Assembly (NCBI RefSeq): GCF_006345805.1
Contig: NC_043015.1
Coordinates: 23,064,001-23,128,000, forward strand
Length of the DNA: 64,000 nucleotides
Source of the DNA: Octopus sinensis
Lineage: Eukaryota
Direction of reading: 5' to 3'
Below the pieces are notes generated by a model, which made no database searches, was not told the DNA's origin, and saw only the letters and a program-made list of their open reading frames with translations. Shown here one piece after another: positions 39,072 through 51,804 of this stretch. The position numbers and the translations under genes are program-made. Position 1 is the stretch's first letter, and each line of letters begins with the position of its first letter.

Positions 39072-40238
39072 ATTATTATTATATATATATCGTTAGCAGA
39101 TGAGAATCGATTGTTGTGGGTATGGGAACTGCTGTGCATCATCGGGGGCTAAATTCTGGAGTTTATTTACATTTGAAATATCATGAAAATATGTAAATAA
39201 ATAGCCCGTATATATAATGATTCCTTGCATAAAAACGCGGAAACTAAGAGAAGAAACAAACGAAAAAAGACATTGAGTTGCCGGGCGCTAAATTTTTAGA
39301 TTAGCATTTATATTTTATGAGCAATGAATAGTTGAAATTACACCTGATTAATTTGTATTCATAATACAATGTGCTTAGGTCAAACATCATTAAGAATTAA
39401 GAAAGCTCTGTCGCTTTTAACTGCATAAAAACCAAGAAAAGGAAAAGGAATGATTTCTACCATGGATTTATCTTCATCGTTGATGGAATTGTATATTCGA
39501 AGGTATCAGCACGTGTACTTTATCAACCAGAATTCAGAACCCATTTGAATGCGCCAAGTGGCATACCAACGTTAGTATTACTAGATTATCTAACATAAGG
39601 TATGAAATGCATAAACGCATTAGATAATTAATTAATTAGCTACAGCAGGAACACCACAGCAGCAAAGCCAATCAATATAAGGGCCCATTTCTGTTGAATT
39701 TTAGTTTATGTTCGATATAAATGATTTTAAATATTGAAATTTCTCGGTAGACAGAAAATTATTGTATGTGTACAATGGTGTTTGATCAAATCGAGTGGAA
39801 GCCCAAGGGAATCAATCAAATAACGATTTTAAATTTTCAGGATAAATATGAAAACATATTTATGTTTAAATATTAAGCTGGCCTTGTGTCAATTTTTGAA
39901 ACCGATATTTAAATATGAATTCATAAGGAAAACAATAGCTTAACTCATGGAAGTAAGCGCACAATTAACATTTCTGATCCTACATACAACTTGTTGCCAC
40001 TTTAGCATGTCAGATCAATAGTTATTAGTTAGCAGATTATCTGTAATTATAAAATGAAGGTATTTCATCTTCAATTTCGAGGAAATATATCTAAACGTTA
40101 AAATTTCAAGCAAGCAATATTTTACATGGAACAATTCGAGAAGCCGACTTAAGTTTACATTCGTCTACAGTTGGAAGCGAATTTAAAATATACGTTTGTC
40201 TACTCTAAATATTTCACACACACATGTATAAATATATA

Positions 40239-40711
40239 CTCGTCACTCGTTGGATCAGTGTCCTCCAGTCAGTTCTCTCCTGGGCCGCTTATTTCAGATT
40301 GGCTATGTCCATTCCGATATCCGTCTTGATGGTGTCAAGCCAGCGGGTTCTTGGTCGGCCTCTTCCTCTCTTGTCACTGACCATTCCGAGCATGATGTCC
40401 TTCTCCAGGGATTTTCTCCGCATAGTATGACCGAAATATGCCAATCTATGCTTGGTGATCCTAGCTTCTAGCGACATTTTCGGCCTGATCTGCTTAAGAA
40501 CTTCTCCATTGGTGAGCCTCGCTGTCCATGGAATCCGTAAAAGTCTTCTCCAACATCAAAGCTCGAATGCATTAATTCTCTTCTGGTCAGCTTTCTTTAG
40601 TGTCCAGGTCTCGCATCCATATGTTGCTATTGGGAAGACAATTGCATTCACCAATCTGCATTTGGTAGCGAGTCTGATGTCTCTACCCTTCCAGACCCTG
40701 CTCATGCTGAC

Positions 40712-40712
<1 letters not shown>
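40239..40712 (-). mobile_element. RTE-clade (BovB-like) LINE 3' fragment
   Basis: VWKGRDIRLATKCRLVNAIVFPIATYGCETWTLKKADQKRINAFEL*CWRRLLRIPWTAR...YFGHTMRRKSLEKDIMLG...GRPRTRWLD. Confidence 0.92.
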
Positions 40713-40743
<31 letters not shown>

Positions 40744-41250
40744 CTACAGAGAGAGTCCTATAGGTAGAAAAGTGTATATATTGACATGGATAGAGACATA
40801 TCTATATATATGGGAAACAACTTATTTTTATACATGTCATTGCAGTTTGTTCGAAACAATAAACGTCCAAACTCCAGTTCCCAGTTTTTCACAGTCTTAA
40901 CTTCAAGAATTAGATTATATCTGACATTTCATCGCACCTTATATACTGGTGGAACAATTCAAAACGTCTTGTGTACGTCACCAGTCATCTCTCTCAAACA
41001 CTTGACCATTAGTCTTTCATGTCTGTAGCAATGTCTTGACTTTTCCATTCTTCATGTAAGTGTTTTTTGCACATTTATATAAGCATGTTGTCGTTCTATG
41101 AGTATCACTTCCACTATTATGTATAAATATTCATTTTGTTGTGGGTGGTAATGGATTTATGAAATTCATTGTCCCAAACAAATTGCAAGAAAGTGATAAA
41201 AAATACGATAATTCTGTAATAAAGAGAGAATATTTTTTGTATTGAATACG

Positions 41251-41573
41251 TTGGTGAATGCAATTGTCTTCCCAATAGCAACAAATGGATGCGAGACCTG
41301 GACACTAAAGAAAGCTGACCAGAAGTGAATTAATGCATTCGAGCTTTGATGTTGGAGAAGACTTTTACGGATTCCATGGACAGCGAGGCTCACCAATGGA
41401 GAAGTTCCTAAGCAGATCAGGCCGACCAAGAACCTGCTGGCTTGACACCATCAAGAGGGATATCAGAATGGACATAGCCAATCTGAAAGAAGCGGCCCAG
41501 GATAGAACTGACTGGAGGACACTGATCCAACGAGTGACCGAGAGTCGACTTCGACTGAGCGGATAGATAAATA
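41251..41573 (+). mobile_element. Inverted, internally deleted copy of the same RTE fragment, retaining the 3' terminus
   Basis: Near-identical to the reverse complement of 40239-40660. It carries a deletion joining two AGGCCGA motifs and ends GAGTCGACTTCGACTGAGCGGATAGATA. Confidence 0.92.
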
Positions 41574-42393
41574 CACACACACACACATGTATATATATAT
41601 ATATATATTTGTAAAATATACACCGAAATTCTTCTATTTTTAAAAATGAAACGAGTAAATTTTCCAAACGGTTCATCAATTCACAACTTCATTCTGAAGA
41701 GTGTGTCCTGTAATGGACTGGTGGTTAATCAATTATATTTCTTAATACACCCATAGTCTTTATGCGTGTACATTGTGGTATATGTGTGTCTCATCTATAT
41801 TAATGCATGATGATAACCATTGAAGTACGTATGTTTATATATATATATACATACATGACTGTCTGTAGGTATTTCAATATATAAATATGTGTGTGTGTGT
41901 GTGTGTGTGCGACTGTGTGTGCGAGAGTGTGTGTGCATGTGTGGGTGTGAGTGAATACATACATAAGTACATTCACAAATTTACATATTGTTTTATGCTG
42001 TTTATTTAGACTTGCGTTGATGTAACTCTCGTTTTGAAAAGATACAAAGAAAAGATACACTTTCTCCTTCATTATATGATTCAGTATCATTAAAATAGCG
42101 AATCCCTTGTGAATTTCTCGACTTAATCTTATATATTCTTTGAAGCAATGAATAAGAAACTGAATAGGAAATTTCCTTTTCCTCGCTGATATCGCAGATT
42201 ATGTTATATTGGGAGTACCAAATCGTATTTCTTACCTGATCATATATCGCCAGCTTATAATTATATATACAAATGTGTGTGTGTGTGAGAAAGAGAGAGA
42301 GAGAGAGAAAGTGTGTGTGTGCATGTGAGACGGTTTGTGTGTGGTGGGTGAATGGGTGGATGTGTGTGTGTGCCGGTGTATGTCTATATATAT

Positions 42394-42494
<101 letters not shown>

Positions 42495-43367
42495 CAGGGT
42501 GTACCCAAAAGTAACCGGGAAAAATTCTCTTTGCGGGAAGCCCATTATAGTTTAAGCATCCCCCGCAAGAACCACTTGATGCAATACCCAGGCATCAGTC
42601 TTCTGACTGGCATTGTCCAGTCAAGTGACACTGCTACGTGGTGCGTGTTTGCTTCGCAGTTCTGCACCCCTGTCCGTCGATTTTGGGGAGGTTTTATACT
42701 GAAGAACAGCGTACTCCAGAAATTCTGTTTTCTACTTGGGTAAACGGCGGCCGGAACAGTTGTCATGGTTGCCGCAACTTTAAAGGACACTGCCATGAAG
42801 AAAACACAAGTGTACGACTAATTTTCACACTTTAGGAATGGTTACTTGTAGCTTGACAACCAACTACTTCCAGGGACACCGTCGATCTCCCGAACAAATG
42901 AAAATATCAGGAAAATTCAGGAACTGATCTTGGAGAATCGTTGCTGAATAACTGACGAACTTGATATGGCTGGTGCGTTTTGGTGAACCTGCAGACGAAT
43001 TTTGAGCGAGGAATTGCAAATGGAAAGAATTGCACCAAAATTTGTGCCTTGCTTACTCGCAGAAGATCAAAAGTAGTCACTATTGAATGCGTGTCGTGAA
43101 CTGAAAGAATAGACTTTTTGCACGGCATCACTGGTGATGGAAGCTCGTGCTTCAGAATATACAGATGTGGAGATGGTGGTGAATAAAAAAGCAAAAACAT
43201 GGAAGCGCCACTTTACAAGTTCTCCAGTCGTGATCCCAACTGGAAGGCGCCTCTGGACCGATGCATTGCTTTAAATGTAGAGGACTGAAGGCGATAAAAT
43301 GTGTAAACTTAAAACTAAGTGAATTGAATGACATTGCAATATTCCGGCTCCTTTTGGAACACTTTTG
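42495..43367 (+). mobile_element. Internally deleted mariner-like DNA transposon
   Basis: TA-flanked degenerate TIRs (CAGGGTGTACCCAAAAGTAACCGG / CCGGCTCCTTTTGGAACACTTTTG). Transposase relic RTNENIRKIQELILEN...RIAPKFVPCLLAEDQK...GITGDG. Confidence 0.85.
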
Positions 43368-43382
43368 TAAGTATATATATAT

Positions 43383-43447
<65 letters not shown>

Positions 43448-43510
43448 GTGTGTGTGTGTGTGTGTGTGTACTGCGAGAGAGAGAGACAGAAACGGAAGGT
43501 AGAGTAATAT

Positions 43511-43543
<33 letters not shown>

Positions 43544-44124
43544 GAGAGAGGGAGAGAGAGATACATCCATTGGACATACCCTCATATTCTATTTCCTGTG
43601 AAATAACGTCCCATTCCTGGCATATAATGATATATAAGCTTTCTGTTTCAAGTCTGTTACCTGATAATATATTTTGTAAACTAGTTGTTACATTATTCAA
43701 GGAATTAGCTACTGAAATAGTCACCTGTGGTGGTTGCGGTAGGTGGATATTAAATATAAAGGTTTCTAGGCTGCGATAGGATTTGAAATTAAAGAACAAA
43801 AATCTTAAAGAAATGCTGTCAGGTGTCTCTATGCAAGCTTTAACGTCTCGGCATTCTGTTACTATGATTGGTATCACACCGATTAGGTCAGTAAAGCTAG
43901 CAGGCGAAGTTGATGTGAGTGGGATTTGAACTCGAAATATCTGATACTGGAATACCTACAGAAAACTACTAGAAAACATTTAGACCGATCCATTTCTTAT
44001 GCGTGTGTATATCTTTGTCACTCACTTTTTAACTCCCTACCTTTCTCTCTCACTCTCTCCACACAAATGCACACACGCCACACACACACACACACACACA
44101 TATATGTGTGTGTGTGTGTAATAT

Positions 44125-44300
44125 TAATAACAATAAAGTGTATGGAGACTTGTACATCCACAAAAATTATTTTATATTTATAATCTATCTACTATTCACT
44201 GTTGCAAATGGAACCTTACAACATTGTCGGTGAAGCTTCTTCAGGGCCCGTCCATTTGGTCATCCTCGAAGTGAACTGATTGAAGTAATTTCTTGTTAGT
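44125..44300 (+). repeat. Second copy of the dispersed repeat at 6955-7170
   Basis: Shared blocks as listed for 6955-7170. Confidence 0.85.
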
Positions 44301-44584
44301 TAAGGGAGGTGGAGATTTTGATAATTATAGGCATTTATTGCTGACTTCAAATTCACACATTTCGCTGTCCGAATTGAAAGCTAGGGCTAGGTTGAGATTA
44401 GTGCTTTTGTGAGGTTCTTTGTTTTAATGGTTGTATGCGTTATGTTTTTGATTTCGCGTATTGAAGGGTTCATGTTTGTGTGTCTGGTTGTGTTGGACAT
44501 GATCTGTGTTATACATGGAGTAGGGTATTTGTTTTTATATATATTTTATATACATCCCGCTCTCTCTCTCTCTCTTTCTCTCTC

Positions 44585-44625
<41 letters not shown>

Positions 44626-45101
44626 CATTTTTTCACGTTAAAGGAAGTAACTCAAAGCAGAGAGAGGAAGGAAACCAGAGACGAGATGAAAAGCGAAATA
44701 AAAGAGGAAAGAAATAGAAAATGAATGATATTATAATGTTAATGGTGGTGGTACACTATTATTTCTTTTTTTTTGTCGTTTGTGACACTTGATGTTTCCA
44801 GTTATTAATAGATGGGCTGGTGGATGCAAGTATTCATTGGCCCATACAGGGATGCATGGATAGATAGAGAGGGGAAGTGTGAGGGCGAAAGAGAGAAACA
44901 GAGACAAAAATAACAAAACAAGAACAGGGAGTACACATAGAATGTATTAATTTGACGCTCGGCGAAGGTTGGTAAAAAGAGGATTTTTAACATTTCGAGT
45001 ACAGCTCTTGGTCGGAAAGGAAAACGGAAAAGTCCAGAGGAGGAAAAAATATCACCAGCATCGCTTGTGTGGTTACACGGCTATATACATATATACATAT
45101 G

Positions 45102-45138
<37 letters not shown>

Positions 45139-45367
45139 ATATAACATATATATATTATTTTGACAGATGAGAGGGAATGAAGTATCCACAATCATTTACA
45201 CAATATAAAGAGATTGAAGAAGGAATTGACAAAATAAATTGAACCAGGGTAGGATTCGCTAAAGATACACATGGCGGAAATGATGGCATTAAACTAGGAG
45301 CAGGTTTCAGTCTACATGTGAACAACTTAGAAATAATTAACGAAGGTAAATCATTATATATATATAA

Positions 45368-45580
45368 GGCGTTGATCTGGCAGAATCGTTAGCACGCCGG
45401 GCGAAATGCTTAGTGGTATTTCGTCTGCCGTTACGTTCTGACTTCAAATTCCGCCGAGGTTGCCTTTGCCTTTCATCCTTCGTGGTCGATGTACCAGTAA
45501 CGCACTGGGGTGGATGTAATCGACGTAATCCCTTTGTTTGTCCCCCCTATATTTAGCCCCCTGTGGGCAATAAAGAAATA
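45368..45580 (+). mobile_element. SINE family B
   Basis: GGCG...CTGGCAGAATCGTTAGCACGCCGGGCGAAATGC...GTGGGCAATAAAGAAAT. Confidence 0.9.
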
Positions 45581-45592
45581 ATTATATGTATA

Positions 45593-45629
<37 letters not shown>

Positions 45630-46800
45630 TTTCTTACTTCGGACTATTCTGCGTAACAAAATTTCACTTTATTGTAAGAAGGGTTTTGCAGTAAATTGTA
45701 ATTTCATTTCTAAAATATTTGACCGGAACCTCGTTAGCGTGTGAAGTTAAACTTATTTTCTCAGACCTACTATTTATTAATCAGTCAATGTTATATCTTC
45801 TTTAAATTGAAACTTCTTACATTGAAAAGTTAGAAATACTTACATAATTACCTATACTGTCCTTATGATTTGAGTGTGTTATATAATTGGTAACGTTATA
45901 CCACAAGAGGATGTAATTTTGATAGTGAGTGATATATAAAGCGGTTTGCGTAGAAGATGGATGCGTCAAGAGCCTGCTGAGACTCATATTTCTCCAAATC
46001 GATTCCTTTAGAACAGCTTGTTTTCTCCTGAGGGTATTGCGTAATTGTTATTTAAGAGTAAAACTATAAGCAGTTTCTTCTATGAAATGTAGAAGTGTGT
46101 GAATGTCTATAGTTATATACGGGTGTTTTCTGATATAAAATGTACTCAAAGCAGCATCATGCAAGAATACATGGCCGTGGATGTATAGGTAAGAATTTCG
46201 ATTCACAAGGGTGAGTTTGGGTTCCATAGCATTGCTCGTCGCTCAGGACAAACCGCGTCTAAGACAACTTCGTGGTGATCAAACATTTATAACTGATATT
46301 CGGTAGAAAACATTTTCTTAAAATTAACTTAAGATCCGTGAAATTTTCAACACACAAGTTACAGCTAATTCATTGCCTCAATTGCTTAAATTAAATGGCA
46401 TACTTGAGGGTGTCATACTTTTCTCTGAGTACAAAATGTGACAAGAATTAAGATAATATGACGCAGCTTCCAAGAATTCGTGCCTTTCTGCAATCAGTTT
46501 TAGAATCTTTAGAAATATTTATTTTCCAAATCGTTGCTCCTCTCTCTAAATCTGAACCTACATACATAAATACATACATAAATAGATACACACATACAAA
46601 CACAAACACACTTCTCACATGCGAACTGTGTATACAAAGTTTATGACATAATACATTCAATATCATTGCTCCCATATATCTAGATGTGTATATGCGTTTA
46701 TATGTAAGCATATATGCCTATATGTATGTAATATATATGTACATGCATCTGTATATATATACATATAAATATATATATATATATATGCACACATACACGC

Positions 46801-46901
<101 letters not shown>

Positions 46902-48077
46902 TACACGCATATATATATATATACATATATATATACAGATAGTTTGACAGGTACCTACCTACCTTCCTACTAACCTACCTAACTCCATACATACATATAT
47001 ACATACATATATGCATACATTCATACATACAATCTGAACTCCAATTACGTAGGAAAATTGCAGCAATTCTCTTCTACCCTATAATAGAACTGAGACTAAA
47101 ATATTTATTTGTGTGAAGGAGCTAAAATTACAAACATTTCCACCGATAATAACGACGATAGTAAACTGAAAATAAAAACTATGTCAAAACAAAGAAGCCA
47201 TCATCGAAAACAATATCAATTATCACAGCGTTTATTATTTTATAAAATATGAAAATCACGCTGACACAAATCTTGAATAAAGTATGATTTGCTGGAAAAA
47301 GACGGGAAGTAAATTTGAAAGAATAAAAAGAAAAGAAATAACGTCATGCCAGATATTTTTCAAAAAGTAAAAATATTTATAATATCTTCCGTTCCATCAG
47401 TAAAATATTCTGACATTGACGGAAATAAAAAAGTATATTCACGTATGTATATGTAATTGTGTCTCCAAGTGTATATATATATATATACATATACGTCTCT
47501 GTGTGTGTGTACAGAAATACTCTAAATATGGTGGACAAAATGAATGAAATAATACGCATAAATTGAATCGGGAAAGTGGAATGATGAAAGAAAAAAAAAA
47601 AAATGAATATATAAAGAGAAAGGAAGAAGACGGGGCAAATGTTCAGATCTGCATTATGTATGTGAGAACAAAAACAATAAATATTGAAATGGCACCGATA
47701 AATGAATATAATGTAGAAATATAAGAATATTATCAAACATAACAGCGAATCATATAGCAGCATTTTAGCAATGCAACGTTTATAGAAATACTAAACCGCA
47801 TCAAAGGGAAATGCGATAGGAACGGTTTATTCTCTAATATATTGATGGAATTCAACTGAAATATCTTCAAGAAATTTCACTTTTTAGCTATGAAAACTGC
47901 AAGATGAAATATTCGTGTTAGTCTACATGGGTGGTTGAAATTTTAGAATAAATCTTAAAGGATTTCGCTATCACTAATAAACAACAAAATGTGGAAGCTA
48001 ATCAACATGACACAAAGACCCGTTATATCGCATCCAGGAGGGGCAATCATTGCAATGCTTCAAACTTTGCTAACATG

Positions 48078-48163
<86 letters not shown>

Positions 48164-50039
48164 ACTTAAAAGTTACATTGTTAATGTATGACTGTATGAT
48201 TTGCATACTCTTATATTCATCCGAGAATAAGCTGTTATATTTTGTGCATGAGGGTCAAAGAGCGAATTCTGCCTGAGCCCCATGGCTTTAACATTTGAAA
48301 TAATTCAAATAGCATTTGAAATCTGCTCTTATATGTACATGTATCCGTGGAACTAATCCTGATTGTTCATTACTGTATCGGTATTGGTATAGAGGCAATG
48401 GTGTATTTGGGAGATTTTTAGTTAGTGTAAGCCGTGTTAAACTGACAGTGAAACCAACAGTGAATGGGGAATCTTTGACTTCAGAAAGTCTGCTAGTAGA
48501 ACACTCATAGACAAAATATGGAAATGTATGTGATGGTGACTCCAAAACCGGTGCGATATCTCATGACTTCTTCCCTTGGATTACTTAGCAGAGAAATCAA
48601 GGTGGAATACCAGGCATAAAACGAAGTTCGCTGTCTTTCAGCTAACACCATGTAGAGAATCTATTCAAGATAAGTTACATGCTTACAGGGATGCAGATAG
48701 GAGGCAGCAATAAATCAGATTTGGTATTACCCTTGACACCTAATCACAAAACAAACCAATGCAAATGAAAACTTCTACGCAAATATCAAATAATGAAATT
48801 ACTGCTGAATTTTCAAACACGTTACACTGGTTTTTCTCGTGATCTAGGACATATCACAACCTACAGACACGTATGCCATATATCATTTTCCCCACCTAGA
48901 AGGCACAGATCTCTCAAATCCTACCTACTGCTAACCTCAGCTCTCTAGAGTATACTATGCACTCTAAAGTTTGTGGCTGTTTGCATATTTATATTCCAGT
49001 CTTTGTATTTCATAATTTTCACTTTGAAACCATCAGAGACTTCGAGTTATTCTTCTTAAATCCTTACTATTTTACTCCTCCACAGATTTTGGAATTTTTG
49101 TAACCCCATCTCTAACAACACTTTGAGGATATTTGTCCTGGATACAAAAAATAATTGTCTTCAAACAATCTCTTTACCCTTCACCGGATATAAAGAGGGT
49201 TTGAACTGAGACAGATGTTTTCACACATACCCAATATATGTTAACTCTCTTCTTCAATCAAACATTGGAGCTCAGTATCTCTCTCTCTTCTCTCCCTCTC
49301 TTCCTGTGTCTCTCAATCTATCTATAAGCCTGTCTCTCACTTGGCAAGGGCCTGCTTTCTATTCCAACATCCGGAACATATAAAATGTTAGAAAGAAAAC
49401 GAAACCATATTGATGTCATATTTCGAAGCTCCTTGGAAAGTCATGGCGACATTCATTTATTGGATGAAAAAAGAAAACAATAAAATGAAATATTTGAATT
49501 CTTAAAATGAATTATTGCCATAAATATGTAATTCAATTTTGATAGATGATTATGTAAGGAAATAGTGAAATAGCTTATCTGTTGGTGGTTAAGTGGCTGC
49601 AAATTTATCGATAGTCCTCATGTGGTATATGATGTGGACTTATACCAATAATTTTGACAAGAAATGATGGCAGAGTTTCTTAAGTGTAATTATTAACACC
49701 TTCGTCTCGAATGTGATAGACACGTGCTTCGAGGTCCGAGATAAATGTTCGTAAATGTCTTCTTATATAATAATGCATATTTAAAATCTCAGCTTTTAAT
49801 ATATAAATTGTAATTATGCATACATATATCTGTGTGTTTATGTAAATATACATGTGAATATAACTACGTATATAGATACGTATTCATATATATATATATA
49901 AGGATATATGTTTGTATATATATATATATATATATATATAAATATATATATACGTATATATATGTATATATATGTACGTATATATGTATGTATATATATA
50001 CGTATATAATTTATATATATATACTTCTATATATGTACG

Positions 50040-50070
<31 letters not shown>

Positions 50071-50122
50071 TATATATACATATGTATATATACATATGTA
50101 TATATATATATGCATATATATA

Positions 50123-50162
<40 letters not shown>

Positions 50163-51804
50163 GTACATATGCAAGTATATATATATATGTATGTGTGTGT
50201 GTGTTTATGTGTGTATTTTTATGTCTTTATGTATGTATGATAGTATATTCGTGTGATCGAGAGAAAGAAAGTGTGATACCAAATGGAAACTTATATTCAC
50301 ACACATAAATATAAAATATGTACATATATTGCTGGTTATTATTGCACAATGTAATCTAAATGTCTCCATACATCGTCACAAATATTCGCGCTAAAACATT
50401 TATGGCCAAGTCATACATTAATATTTATATTTCGACATGTCCATTACCGTTTTGTTTAACGCACTTACCTTAATTCAATTTAAATATAGCTCAAATGCAA
50501 TGCGTCGGATGGTATTATAAAGCTCCATGTCATATTTCTAATATACACTATGTTTACATGCAATTTTATTTACAGTGCAATATACATACAAGTATTAACA
50601 AGTGTTGCAATACAAGTGCATATTATTATTCACTTGATTTTATTCGTTCACAAATATTCAGTACTTGAGACGAGATGCAAATTTAGAAGAAAGGTAAGGC
50701 ATGTGACATGAAATGTTGGTGAACTACAATGTTTAGAAACAAAAAAAGAAAAAGAGTTTCTTGCCGTGCCGTATAAGTTGTAGCTCTTAGCATTCTGAGT
50801 TCAGGCCTGAATATCTTATCCAATTTTCCATTTTATACTTTCGTAGATGTGAATATAAGTCACAAGTCTAGAATGATGGTTGTGGGTGATTGTTAACCAT
50901 TTAGAGGTGAAGGTGTGTAGTAACTGTTCCAGTTCATTGGGTCCGGATTTAAAAGGTTAAGATTTTTTTCCGCCAGCTTAATTTGCAACCGCCATTTAGT
51001 TCCTGACTCTCATTAATGGAATTCACTCACTTGCAATCAAACAGCTAATTACTCCATTTCGTGGAATAGCATCATTCTATCTCTTCATTCTGTCAGCATT
51101 GGGAGCAACTGAAAATGACATAGGACTGGCACTGCAGTCCTATGACTGAGTAGACAGAAAAAAAACCTACTATTCCCCAAATCATTAGTATCATAAAGGG
51201 CTGTAGTTTCGACTGGATTATGTATATGAATTTTGATAATGATAAGCTCTTCTACAATACGAATCATTCTTGAACTCATTTCCTTTATGTAAGAAGAAAT
51301 GACGAAAGAAATATTCCCGAGAGGGGTTAGTAGATCCAGTCTAATGCAGCTGGAATATTATGGTATGTTCCTGTCCATTCTGGAAGCAGTGGAATAATCC
51401 ATACTAACTCTGTATAAAATATACACAACGAATCGACAAAATCTTTATTGCACCACTCAAAATGATTGAGGTTGTTTTCATTGCACTTACCTTAAGACAT
51501 TGAATTCTGAAAATGTCTATTTTGCTCTTCCCTCATCCGAGGACAACACGTTTCATTATATACACGGATATAAACATTACAATCGACTGATATTGTGAAA
51601 TTCCTTACAATACGATTCTAACACCAACAGTATGTGTATAAGTTACGCTACACTAAGAGAGCTTCTGTTTGTTTTTGTGCTTATGCATCCTCCAGTTCAT
51701 GTCCTCAAGCAAAATATTTAGTTAGTTAGTTAGTTAGTTAATTTGGCTCAAAAGCAAATAGCAAGGCCATGTAGGGGGACATGGAGTTAAGTACAGGGTG
51801 GTGT

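Noticed and set aside
48300-49350. Possible ancient L2/CR1-type LINE relic
   Set aside because: Only fragmentary RT-like words are visible, too decayed to support without a profile search.
51170-51510. Intron-like 80-nt GTAAGT...TTTTATACAG on the minus strand with a 16-nt upstream exon
   Set aside because: Downstream frames close within about 30 codons and no coherent ORF could be built.
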